NCBI GenBank assembly: GCA_963829055.1
Contig: CAWHHI010000016.1
Coordinates: forward strand, 768,001 to 832,000
Direction: 5' to 3'
Length of the DNA stretch: 64,000 nt
Source: an uncultured Gemmatimonadaceae bacterium
Lineage (GTDB): Bacteria; Gemmatimonadota; Gemmatimonadetes; Gemmatimonadales; Gemmatimonadaceae
This document shows, piece by piece, positions 33,149-42,490 of the stretch. Made by a program: the position numbers and the translations under genes. The notes beneath the pieces are model-generated. The model was not told the DNA's origin. It searched no databases and saw nothing but the letters and a program-made list of their open reading frames with translations. The first letter of the stretch is position 1. Each line of letters opens with the position of its first letter.

Positions 33149-33541
33149 GGAATCCAGATCATCGCGGATCTCGGAATCCAGATCATCGCGCCGGGGTCGG
33201 TGGGAACTACGATTGGGCGGATCTGTACGGCGAAACTACCGGATACGGCTTTGCATTCAGGCCTCATCGCGCCGCGGCTTGGGGGAACGGCGATTTCGCG
33301 GATGACGCGGAAGAAGCAGGATATCGCGTTCGGTAGATCCGGCTCCTCGCGCAACGAGCCGGGATTCTCTGGGAACGGCCGCTCGGGACGCAGGAGTCTC
33401 CCGAGCGGCCGTTCCCATTGTTTCAGAGTCCGGCGAGAGCCAGCGTCGATGCAAAGCCGGATCCGGCCGTTTTCCGTGTCATCCGCAAAATCGTCGTTCC
33501 CACCGGCCCCGGCGCGATGATCTGGATTCCGAGATCCGCGA
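33149..33541. mobile_element. MITE-like non-coding element with ~95-bp inverted repeats
   Basis: 33163-33256 is an imperfect reverse complement of 33449-33540; a degenerate direct copy lies at ~33265-33330; no transposase. Confidence 0.6.
33370..33417. terminator. Perfect 19-bp hairpin between convergent mazG and asnS
   Basis: TGGGAACGGCCGCTCGGGA - 10-nt loop - TCCCGAGCGGCCGTTCCCA, followed by TTGTTT on the + strand. Confidence 0.65.
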
Positions 33542-33556
33542 AAATCGCTACACGCG

Positions 33557-34870
33557 CTATGGCCGCAAGCGATTCATCAGCCTTGGGAAGGCGCCGGTCT
33601 CGCGGATGTGCGGGGTCCCGCAGATCCACGCGACCGTGCGCTCGAGCCCCAATCCAAATCCCGAGTGTACGAACGTCCCGTACTTCCGAAGATCGAGGTA
33701 CCAGCCGTACGCGTCGAGCGGGAGTCCTTCCTCCTTGATGCGCGCGAGCAGCTTGTCGTAGTCGTCCTCGCGCTGTGAGCCGCCAATGATCTCGCCGTAG
33801 CCTTCTGGCGCGAGGCAGTCGTTGCACAGCACCGTCCGCGGATCGGCCGGGTTTTCCTTCATGTAGAAGGCCTTCGCCTCCTTCGGGTAATTCATGACGA
33901 ACACCGGCTTGTCGTAGTCCGCGACGATCAGCGATTCATCGTCCGCGCCAAGGTCATCGCCCCATTTGATCTCGCTTCCCTTGCCCTGCAGCAGCGTGAT
34001 GGCATCGCCGTAATCGAGTCGCACGAACGGCGGGACGACCCGCTGCAGTGCCGACGTGTCTCGCTCGAGCTCCTTGAGCTCTGCCTGCCTGCGATCGAGG
34101 CAGCGACGCACGAGGAAGGACACGAAGTCCTCCTGCAGCCGCATGTTGTCTTCCGAGTCGTTGAACGCCACCTCGGGCTCGATCATCCAGAATTCCGTGA
34201 GATGCCGGCGCGTCTTCGACTTCTCGGCGCGGAACGTTGGTCCGAACGTGTAGATCCGACCCAGCGCCGCGGCTGCGGCCTCGCCGTAGAGTTGCCCGGT
34301 CTGTGCGAGATAGGCGTTGCCTTCGTCGAAGTACTCGGTCGAGAACAGGCCGCTGCGCTCACCGATGGCCGCGGTGAGGATCGGCGTATCCACGCGAACG
34401 AACCCGCGCTCGTAGTAGAAATCGTGGATCGCCTGCTCGATCTCGTGCCTGACGCGGAGGATCGCCTGCTGGCGCGGGCTGCGCAGCCAGAGGTGGCGAT
34501 GGTCCATCAGGAAGTCGACGCCGTGCTCCTTGGGCTGGATCGGGTAGTCGATCGGGCTCGCACCCAGAATCTCGAGGTCCGCCACTCCGATTTCGACGCC
34601 GCCCGGCGCGCGCGCATCCAGACGCACTTCCCCGGTAATTGCGATCGACGTTTCTTGGGTGAGCTGCGCAAAGCGCTCCCACGCCTGAGGTGGCACCACC
34701 GACTTCACGACAACGGCCTGGAGCGTCCCCGTCCCATCGCGCATGACGATGAACGCGACCTTGCCGGATGACCGAACATGGGTCACCCAGCCGCGAACGG
34801 TCACGGAGGCGCCGGCATAGCCGGACAGATCGACGATGCGGGCTGACGGGACGGTCGACGGAACAGTCAC
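33557..34870 (-). CDS. asnS: Asparagine--tRNA ligase
   Basis: OB-fold N-terminus, YPIQPKEH, RHLWLRS, FGPTFRAEKSKTRRHLTEFWMIEPE, GEIIGGSQRE, HSGFGLGLER. Confidence 0.96.
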   Translation of the reverse strand: MTVPSTVPSARIVDLSGYAGASVTVRGWVTHVRSSGKVAFIVMRDGTGTLQAVVVKSVVPPQAWERFAQLTQETSIAITGEVRLDARAPGGVEIGVADLEILGASPIDYPIQPKEHGVDFLMDHRHLWLRSPRQQAILRVRHEIEQAIHDFYYERGFVRVDTPILTAAIGERSGLFSTEYFDEGNAYLAQTGQLYGEAAAAALGRIYTFGPTFRAEKSKTRRHLTEFWMIEPEVAFNDSEDNMRLQEDFVSFLVRRCLDRRQAELKELERDTSALQRVVPPFVRLDYGDAITLLQGKGSEIKWGDDLGADDESLIVADYDKPVFVMNYPKEAKAFYMKENPADPRTVLCNDCLAPEGYGEIIGGSQREDDYDKLLARIKEEGLPLDAYGWYLDLRKYGTFVHSGFGLGLERTVAWICGTPHIRETGAFPRLMNRLRP

Positions 34871-35040
34871 AGGGCTCTCGTAACGGACGGAACGGACATG
34901 GGATCGCGGCGTGAGGGACGGGCCGGAAAGCTATGAGGGGCAGTATAGCGGATCAACGCCGCCGCACTGCCGCATCAACGCCGCGCGGTCGCCACGCTAA
35001 CTTTGGTCGCATGCACCGAATCACATCTCGGCGCTGACGC

Positions 35041-36588
35041 GTGACCCTTCGCTCACGCCTCGCGCTCGCGCTCGTCACGATGGCCGCGATTCTCGTGGCC
35101 CCGCTGTTCATCGCGTACGATTCGCTGAACAGCATGCGTGCGGCGGTGCGTGGAGTGCAGGAGCAGGATCTCAATGCGACGCTCATGCTCGCGCGTATCA
35201 GGACCGCGGCCGAGGAGCTTCGTCAGGCGGAGTTGCAGCTGGTCTACGCGACGGACTCCGGCGGTGGCACGCGGCCCGACACGAGAATCGCGACGGCGTT
35301 GACGACGCTTCGCGCGCTGTCCGATTCACTTCCCCACTTCGGGCTCGAGAACTCCCGCGAGGAAATCCAGGCGACGCTCGACCACGTCGATGCCGCGCTC
35401 CCCGCGGAACTCTCGGCGGTGCAGCGCGGCAAAGGCGAGCGCGCCGATAGTCTCTCGAAGTTGCTGCAGCCAGTCATGCTGCGGGTCGACTCCATCGTCG
35501 AGCAGACGGGCGTGTTCCTGCAAGGGCGCACCGCGCAGAAAGTGGAGCAGGCGAACAGCGAAGCAGGCACCGCGCAGCAGGTGACGACGACGACGTTCGG
35601 CGTCGCCGTGGCGCTCGCCGGCCTCATCGCGATCTGGCTGACGACGACGATCAGTCGCCCGGTTCGCGATCTCGAGAGCGGCATGGAGGCCGTCGCGGAC
35701 GGTGACTTCTCGTACCGCCTGTCGATCGAGCCAATGCGGCACGACGAGTTCGGACGGCTGGCCGAGAGTTACCAGACGATGGCGCAGCAGCTCAAGCAGC
35801 TCGATGAGCTCAAGGCGGAATTCGTGTCGGTTGCCTCGCACGAGCTCAAGACGCCGATCAACGTCATCATCGGGTACCTCCAGCTGCTGCAGGAGAACGT
35901 GTACGGCGAGCTCACGCCGAAGCAGCGGGAGATCTGCCTGACGCTCGCGTCGCAGGCGCAGGCGCTCTCGCGCCTCGTGCGGCAGCTCCTGGACGTGAGT
36001 CGGTTCGAGGCTGGCGGAGGAAAACTCGAGCTTCGTCCAATGCCGCTCGGCCCGTTTCTCGCGGAGCTGGAAACGACGTTTCGCGTGCTCGCCATTCAGC
36101 GAAACGTTCGGTTCCAGGTGGATCGCGGGGCGCGGTTGCCCGATCAGGTCGTGTGGGATGAGGATCGCATGAGCGAAGTGCTCGGCAACTTGCTGTCGAA
36201 CGCGTTCAAGTTCACAGAGCGTGGCGGAACCGTGGAGCTGTCAGTCATGGCTCGCGAGGACAGCATCCAGATGCGGGTGCGTGACAACGGCGCTGGCATT
36301 CCGCCAGCGAATGTCCCGTACATTTTCGAGAAGTTCTTTCAGGCCGACAACCAGGCATCGGCCTCGGCAAAGGGGACCGGGCTCGGACTCGCGATCGCGA
36401 AGAGCATCGTGAGTGCGCATGGCGGCTCGATCAGCGTCGAAAGCACGTTAGGCAAGGGGACGACGTTCTCCATCATTCTGCCGATCCGCGCGAGTGGCGG
36501 ACGCCATCACGCTCTCGAGGAACAACGGGCGGCGGAGCGATCGGCGGAACACCGGACCGAACGTCTCCCGGAGCTGTCGGCCTCGTGA
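35041..36588 (+). CDS. Membrane sensor histidine kinase with HAMP domain
   Basis: Two TM segments, HAMP (ISRPVRDL...DEFGRLA), SHELKTP, NLLSNAFKF, GTGLGLAI. Confidence 0.94.
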   Translation: MTLRSRLALALVTMAAILVAPLFIAYDSLNSMRAAVRGVQEQDLNATLMLARIRTAAEELRQAELQLVYATDSGGGTRPDTRIATALTTLRALSDSLPHFGLENSREEIQATLDHVDAALPAELSAVQRGKGERADSLSKLLQPVMLRVDSIVEQTGVFLQGRTAQKVEQANSEAGTAQQVTTTTFGVAVALAGLIAIWLTTTISRPVRDLESGMEAVADGDFSYRLSIEPMRHDEFGRLAESYQTMAQQLKQLDELKAEFVSVASHELKTPINVIIGYLQLLQENVYGELTPKQREICLTLASQAQALSRLVRQLLDVSRFEAGGGKLELRPMPLGPFLAELETTFRVLAIQRNVRFQVDRGARLPDQVVWDEDRMSEVLGNLLSNAFKFTERGGTVELSVMAREDSIQMRVRDNGAGIPPANVPYIFEKFFQADNQASASAKGTGLGLAIAKSIVSAHGGSISVESTLGKGTTFSIILPIRASGGRHHALEEQRAAERSAEHRTERLPELSAS

Positions 36589-37133
36589 CCGCGTGGAGGC
36601 TGGTCGCGGCCCTCGTCCTCACGACCGCCTGTCACCACCGGACTGCCGCGCCCCTGCCGGTCGTCAACGAAGTCGCCGTGCCGTCGCTACCTCCGGCCGA
36701 ACCTCCGTGGGTCGGGACGCTCGCGGCGGTGCGAGCGGCGGTGGACTCGGGCCGATTCGCCGCGGCCGATACGATCCTCGCCTCGTTCGAACAGGCCCAG
36801 GCGGGAACGAGCGATGTGAACGAGAGCGCATTCTGGCGCGCGATGCTTCGCGCAGACCCGCGCAACCCGGCATTCACGCCGGCGGATGCACGCGCGGCTC
36901 TCGAGGGATACCTAACGCTGGAGGGAGCCCAGCGGCGGACAGAGGCAGGGGTGATGCTACGCCTGCTGGCGCTGTCCGATTCCCTCCGCACGGTGCACGT
37001 GGGGCAGCGGGCGGCAGCGGCGGCGGAGATCCGGAGCCGCGACGAAGAGCTTCAGAAGCTGCGGGACGACCTGGCTCGGACGCAGGCGGAGCTCGACCGA
37101 ATCAAGCGGAGACTCGGGGCCCCGCGACCGTAG
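36585..37133 (+). CDS. Helical lipoprotein with a C-terminal coiled coil
   Basis: LVLTTAC lipobox; EELQKLRDDLARTQAELDRIKRRL; GTGA overlap with the kinase. Confidence 0.7.
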   Translation: MTAWRLVAALVLTTACHHRTAAPLPVVNEVAVPSLPPAEPPWVGTLAAVRAAVDSGRFAAADTILASFEQAQAGTSDVNESAFWRAMLRADPRNPAFTPADARAALEGYLTLEGAQRRTEAGVMLRLLALSDSLRTVHVGQRAAAAAEIRSRDEELQKLRDDLARTQAELDRIKRRLGAPRP

Positions 37134-37149
37134 GTCGCGGGTGGGAGCG

Positions 37150-37317
37150 GGGAACCGGGAACCGGGAACTGCCGCTGGTTGCTGGGTGGTCGTGCTTGTT
37201 GCTGGGTGGCGCTGCGGGCAGCGGCAGCGGGCAGCGCGTGGGTCGCTGGGCGCTAATAGCAGCAGCGGGCAGCGTGCGGCCGCAGCATGCAGCCGTCGGC
37301 AACAGCAGCGTGCAGCA
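37150..37317. repeat. ~145-bp dispersed element preceded by (GGGAACC)x3
   Basis: 37174-37317 aligns by eye with the reverse complement of 40465-40612. Confidence 0.85.
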
Positions 37318-37318
37318 T

Positions 37319-39436
37319 TTACCCAACCCTGAACAACTCGAGACTGCGTTCGTATCGCTCGCCTAACACGCGCCGCATTGGCTCGTGCTCCGGGTCGTTC
37401 AGTTCCGGGTCTTTCGCCAGCACCTCGGTCGCCGCCGCGTGCGCCGACTGACTCAGGTGCTCATCGCGCAATGGGTCCGCCACACGGAACGTCGCGACGC
37501 CACTCTGGCGTTCGCCGAACAGGTCGCCCATGCCACGCAGGCGCAGGTCCGCGCGCGCGATCTCGAAGCCGTCCTCCGTGCCGACGAACACGGACAGCCG
37601 CTCAGCCGCCTCGGGGCTGACATTGCCTAACAAGATGCAGTACGACGCCTCGGCCCCACGGCCTACCCGGCCCCGCAATTGGTGCAGCTGCGAGAGGCCG
37701 AAGCGTTCCGGATGCTCGACCAGCATGACCGTCGCGTTCGCGACGTCGATACCGACCTCGATCACCGTCGTCGCAACGAGCACGTCGACTTCGCCATCCC
37801 GGAATCGGCGCATGATCGCATCCCGCTCCTCCGCTGGAATCCGACCATGCAACAGCGCCACACGGCGCGTAGCGAATGGGCCTGCGGCGAGCGCGGCGTA
37901 CATGGTGGTCGCCGCCTTCATATCGGTCTTCTCCGACTCGTCGATCACCGGATACACGACATAGGCCTGCCGTCCCTTCGCCACTTCGCCGTCGATGAAC
38001 TGCAGCACGCGCTCGCGCGCCGCCTCCGGTCGCAGCGCCGTGGTGATCGGCAAGCGACCCGGCGGACGCTCATCGAGCACGCTCACGTCGAGATCACCGT
38101 ACAGTGTGAGCGCGAGCGAGCGCGGGATGGGCGTCGCGCTCAACAACAGCACGTCCGGCCGATCCCCTTTGGCACCGAGTGCCTTCCGCTGCTCGACACC
38201 GAAGCGATGCTGCTCGTCGACGGCCACGAACCCCAGCTTGGCGAACGATGTTCGGTCCTGCACCAGGGCGTGCGTGCCGATCGCGAGCAGCGGCTCGCCG
38301 GACCGAAGGTGCGCGTCCGCCTCACGTCGAGCCTTGGCCGCGAGGCTCCCGGTCACGACAATAGGACGGATGCCTAACGGCTCCAGCAATCGCGTCACCG
38401 TACCCGCGTGCTGCTCCGCGAGCAGCTCGGTGGGCGCCATCAGCGCGGCCTGGTAGCCGTTCTCGATCGCAAGCAGCGCCGCGAACAGCGCGACGATCGT
38501 CTTGCCGCTACCCACGTCACCCTGCAACAGCCGATGCATGCGGTGCGGGCTGCACATGTCGACAACAATCTCGCGCACCGCTCGCGTCTGGGCGGTTGTC
38601 AGCGCGAACGGCATCGACGACTTGAGCTTGGACGTGAGATCGCGACGGTTCTCGAACGCGATGCCCTCACGCTTCTCGCGTGCGAGGATGTGCGCGCGAT
38701 GCCGCAGGAGGTGGACGAAGAACAGCTCCTCGAACGCGAGCCGCTCGCGTCCCTGCATGGCCTCCACCATGGTGCGCGGCCGGTGCACCATCCGCAGCGA
38801 GTCCGCCAGCGGGGCCACCGCCGCGAATCGCAGGACCTCCGCCGGCAGATACTCCTCGACGAGCGCAAGTAACCCGTCGAGATGCGCGTCGATGAGGCCC
38901 CGGATGACCTTGAACGACAGCCCCTCGGTCGCCGGATACACGGCGAGCACCCGTCCCTTTCCGGTGCCCTCGTCATCGTCGCCAAGGTTGATGAACTCGC
39001 GCGGCTGGAGCTGCCGCCCATGGAAGAAGCGCACGGTGCCGGTGAGCAGCAACACGTCGCCCTTCGCGATCGACCGATCCAGGAACGGCTGGCCGGGCCA
39101 CGAGACCTCGATCATCCCGGTCTCGTCCTTCACGACAGCTTGAAAGATCCGCAGCCCCTTTCGCGTCGGCAGCACGCCCTTGGAGATGACGCGTCCGATG
39201 ATCGTGGCGTCCATCCCGGTCTCGATGGACGCAATGGGCTTGATGGTGCTCGCGTCCTCGTAGCGGTGCGGGATGTGGAACAACAGCTCGCCCGCCGTGA
39301 ACACACCGAGCCGCTTCAACGCCTCGGCGCGTACGGGTCCGACGCCTTTCAGGAACTTCGCCGGCGTCGACAGCGTGAGCGGCGGCGTGGGCCCGGGGGC
39401 GTCGCGTGGGTCGGCCACGGGGGCGCGCCTATCCAC
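37319..39436 (-). CDS. recG: ATP-dependent DNA helicase RecG
   Basis: LKGVGP, RLAFEE, LLQGDVGSGKT, DEQHRFGV, SATPIPR, ERFGLSQLHQLRGRVGRG. Confidence 0.97.
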   Translation of the reverse strand: MDRRAPVADPRDAPGPTPPLTLSTPAKFLKGVGPVRAEALKRLGVFTAGELLFHIPHRYEDASTIKPIASIETGMDATIIGRVISKGVLPTRKGLRIFQAVVKDETGMIEVSWPGQPFLDRSIAKGDVLLLTGTVRFFHGRQLQPREFINLGDDDEGTGKGRVLAVYPATEGLSFKVIRGLIDAHLDGLLALVEEYLPAEVLRFAAVAPLADSLRMVHRPRTMVEAMQGRERLAFEELFFVHLLRHRAHILAREKREGIAFENRRDLTSKLKSSMPFALTTAQTRAVREIVVDMCSPHRMHRLLQGDVGSGKTIVALFAALLAIENGYQAALMAPTELLAEQHAGTVTRLLEPLGIRPIVVTGSLAAKARREADAHLRSGEPLLAIGTHALVQDRTSFAKLGFVAVDEQHRFGVEQRKALGAKGDRPDVLLLSATPIPRSLALTLYGDLDVSVLDERPPGRLPITTALRPEAARERVLQFIDGEVAKGRQAYVVYPVIDESEKTDMKAATTMYAALAAGPFATRRVALLHGRIPAEERDAIMRRFRDGEVDVLVATTVIEVGIDVANATVMLVEHPERFGLSQLHQLRGRVGRGAEASYCILLGNVSPEAAERLSVFVGTEDGFEIARADLRLRGMGDLFGERQSGVATFRVADPLRDEHLSQSAHAAATEVLAKDPELNDPEHEPMRRVLGERYERSLELFRVG

Positions 39437-39490
39437 GCCTCACCGTCCCGTCGTTAGGTGCCTCGCGACGGTCACGCGACGCGCACGGGG

Positions 39491-40423
39491 TCATCCCTCC
39501 AGCAACTCCGCGGAGAACTGACGGGGATCGAACGACTCGAGGTCCGTGACCTTTTCGCCGACCCCGATGAACTTCACCGGTACGTCGATGGCGTCGTGCA
39601 CCGCGACGACGATGCCACCACGCGCCGTGCCGTCGACTTTCGTGACCACGAGGCCACTGATGGGCACTGCCGCCGAGAACGTCTTCGCCTGCGCGATCGC
39701 GTTCTGTCCAATGGTGCCATCGAGCACGAGTAGCGTCTCGTGGGGCGCATCCGCACGTCGCTTCTTGATGACGCGCACGATCTTTTTCAGCTCGTCCATC
39801 AAGTTGTCGCTCGTGTGAAGACGACCGGCCGTGTCGATGATGACCACGTCCGCATCGCGGTTGTGCGCGGCGTCGATTGCGTCGAATGCGACGGCGGCCG
39901 CATCGCCACCCGGTTTCCCTCCAACGAATTCCGCGCCGGTCCGCTCGGCCCACAGTCGCAGTTGATCGATGGCGCCAGCTCGGAACGTGTCACCGGCCGC
40001 GACGACGACCCGCTTCTTCTCGGCGCGAAATTTCGCGGCGAGCTTCCCGATGAACGTCGTCTTGCCCGCGCCGTTCACACCGATGACGAGGATGATCATC
40101 GGCTTGTCGGCAGGCACGAACAACGTCGGATCACTGTAGCCGCTTCGAAGCGCGTTTTCGACGCTCTGTCGCAGCGCCTCGTGGAACTCGTCCTCGGTAA
40201 CGATCTGACCGCGTTGCGCGAGTCGCTCGACGTCGGCGATGAGCCGCATCGATGTGGTGACCCCGAAATCCGCTTCGAGCAGCAGTTCCTCGAGCTGCTC
40301 GAGCGATCCAGCCTTCACGCCGCCGCGCGCGATGACGCCGACGTCGGTGAGTGCGATATCCTTGATGCGCTGCCAAAGCGACCGCTTCGGTACGTCGCCG
40401 GCGCGCTGAATTATTCTCGGCAT
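39491..40423 (-). CDS. ftsY: SRP receptor FtsY
   Basis: GVNGAGKTT, DTFRAGA, DTAGRL, TKVDGTARGG; short NG-only form starting at ATG 40423. Confidence 0.96.
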   Translation of the reverse strand: MPRIIQRAGDVPKRSLWQRIKDIALTDVGVIARGGVKAGSLEQLEELLLEADFGVTTSMRLIADVERLAQRGQIVTEDEFHEALRQSVENALRSGYSDPTLFVPADKPMIILVIGVNGAGKTTFIGKLAAKFRAEKKRVVVAAGDTFRAGAIDQLRLWAERTGAEFVGGKPGGDAAAVAFDAIDAAHNRDADVVIIDTAGRLHTSDNLMDELKKIVRVIKKRRADAPHETLLVLDGTIGQNAIAQAKTFSAAVPISGLVVTKVDGTARGGIVVAVHDAIDVPVKFIGVGEKVTDLESFDPRQFSAELLEG

Positions 40424-40442
40424 ACGGGTAAAGTAAGCAACG

Positions 40443-40639
40443 GGGACTAGGGACTGGGGACTACGCTGCACGCTGCGCACATCTGCCGACGGCTGCATGC
40501 TGCGGCTGCACGCTGCCCGCTGCTGCCATTACCGCCCGGTCGCCCACGCGCTGCTGCTGCTGCAACAGCACCAGCGTCACCCAGCACCCAGCACGACCAC
40601 CCAGCCACCAGCTTCTTCAGTTCCTCAGTCCCCAGTCCC
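40443..40639. repeat. Inverted copy of the ~145-bp element, flanked by GGGACT/AGTCCC heptamer arrays
   Basis: GGGACTA/G units at 40443-40463, element at 40465-40612, CAGTCCC units at 40626-40639. Confidence 0.85.
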
Positions 40640-42438
40640 TACCGTAGTCCCAACCGTCTCCTCAGCAACCACTCCGCGCACAGTGCGATGATCACCAGCG
40701 CGTAGACCCAGCCCAGAGACCGTAATCGCGGGGCGTCGGCCAACGAACTGCCGCGCCCGACTGCGCCCGAGCGAATGGCGCGTCGCGGGAAGAACTCTCG
40801 AGACGGGTTCACCGCCAGGACCGACTTGCCGCCCGCGGTCGCAACGTCGTATACACCCGGCGACAGCGGCCTGCTCTCGACGATATTATCGCCTTCGCTG
40901 AATCGCAGCGTCATCGAATCAGCGCGCGCGGGAGCGCCGCGCCGCGTTATGACGAGCGCAACCACCGAGTCATCGCCGGAGCCGCGGCGCCAGCGCACTG
41001 CATCGCCCGCATGCACGATCGCATCCGCGCTCACCGCCGCACGCGCATCCGTCCGGCCAGCCGACAACCAGTCGAAGAGCCCGCCCCAGAGCGCACCGAA
41101 CGCGTCCGCGGCGACGCCGCCGTGCACGCGCCATCGCCAGAAGCCTGACGCACCAACGATCACCGTTCGCCGCGCCGCTTCGCGGCCGACGATTGCTCTC
41201 CGCTCCTCGAACCGACGACCACGCCGAGTCTCCAGCGCGACCCAGTCACCCGCGGGGACGTCGCCGGCTACATCGAGCGGGGGCAAGCTGTCCCACGCCG
41301 CCGCTGACAGCGAAGCGGAGACTGGTGACGCCGGCGCGCCAGTCGCGTACCAATCCGCACTCCCCTCGGGCGGGGGCGCGAACAGCGCGAGGGCGCCCTT
41401 CGTCACGCCGCGCGGTGCACCAAAGACGGCGGTGTCACCGTGCAGAACGACGAGCGGCGCTTCGCGCACGATCGCGCGAATTTCCGTTTCCGTCGCCGGT
41501 GCGAAGGAGCCATCCTGTCGCCAGACGCCGGGGGCGATCCGATAGAAGCCACGCGTGGGCAACGCGAGCGCGCCGCGCAGGAGTGCCAGCGCCTCACGCG
41601 AATCGAGGTCGGGGGACGTCGAGACGAGCACCGCGCCCGCCGCCGGCGAGACTTCCAGCACCGTCGTTAGGGTGTCGTTCCGCGGCTCCCGGTCACCCGC
41701 GGACGAAACCACCGCGCGAACGAGACTCGCGCCGGGAACGTTAGGCACGCGCGCCCGCGCGGTCACCGTACGGTCGCCAAACGGCGCGAGCGCCTGCAGC
41801 GGCATCGACGCGACCCGCTGGTCGCCGATGACGAGAGCAACCGTGCCCGCGCTCGCCCCACCTCGTCCGGTCGCGACCTGAATCCTGAACTCCGCCGTGT
41901 CGTTGCCGATCACAGCGCGCGGGGCCTGAATGTCGGCGACGGCGGCGTCCGTGCCGGCCGTTCCGTCGATCACCACGACCTGCGAGCCGGCGGGGACCGT
42001 GCTCAGTGCGTCGGGATCATCGAGCTCGCCGTCCGTGAACAGACGGAGCGGACGTCCCGTGGATAGTGCGCGCTCCACGAGTGGTCGCAGGCGCGATGCC
42101 GCGTCCCCTGGCCGCTCCGGCATCGCGCCGACGCGTACGGAGTCGCCCATGAGGAACAGCGAATCGGTGGCGGCAGCGCGTGCCTGACGCCGCGCGGTGT
42201 TCCACGCCGTGGAGTCGGCGCCGCGTAGCCAGCTCTCGGAAACGTCGAGCGCTACCAGCGGCGGAACGGGCCGAGGCAGTCCCGCTACGGCGTCGAGAAG
42301 TAGCGCGATGAGCAACGTCAACGCGAGCGCGCGCAGCACCGCGACGAGAGCGGTCTTTACCGCGGACGCGCCCCGCCACCGATATGAAAGGAGGGCGAGG
42401 AAAACCCCGCCCACCAACGCAACCAGCCAGATCGTCAT
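40639..42438 (-). CDS. Membrane-anchored hypothetical protein with a vWA-like domain
   Basis: N-terminal TMs; ALDVSES (DxSxS) and LFTDG MIDAS-like motifs; C-terminal TM ending AEWLLRRRLGLR. Confidence 0.7.
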   Translation of the reverse strand: MTIWLVALVGGVFLALLSYRWRGASAVKTALVAVLRALALTLLIALLLDAVAGLPRPVPPLVALDVSESWLRGADSTAWNTARRQARAAATDSLFLMGDSVRVGAMPERPGDAASRLRPLVERALSTGRPLRLFTDGELDDPDALSTVPAGSQVVVIDGTAGTDAAVADIQAPRAVIGNDTAEFRIQVATGRGGASAGTVALVIGDQRVASMPLQALAPFGDRTVTARARVPNVPGASLVRAVVSSAGDREPRNDTLTTVLEVSPAAGAVLVSTSPDLDSREALALLRGALALPTRGFYRIAPGVWRQDGSFAPATETEIRAIVREAPLVVLHGDTAVFGAPRGVTKGALALFAPPPEGSADWYATGAPASPVSASLSAAAWDSLPPLDVAGDVPAGDWVALETRRGRRFEERRAIVGREAARRTVIVGASGFWRWRVHGGVAADAFGALWGGLFDWLSAGRTDARAAVSADAIVHAGDAVRWRRGSGDDSVVALVITRRGAPARADSMTLRFSEGDNIVESRPLSPGVYDVATAGGKSVLAVNPSREFFPRRAIRSGAVGRGSSLADAPRLRSLGWVYALVIIALCAEWLLRRRLGLR

Positions 42439-42490
42439 GCGGACAATCTATCGTCGCGACCGTCGAGAAGCGGTCTGGCGCGCGTGTTCG

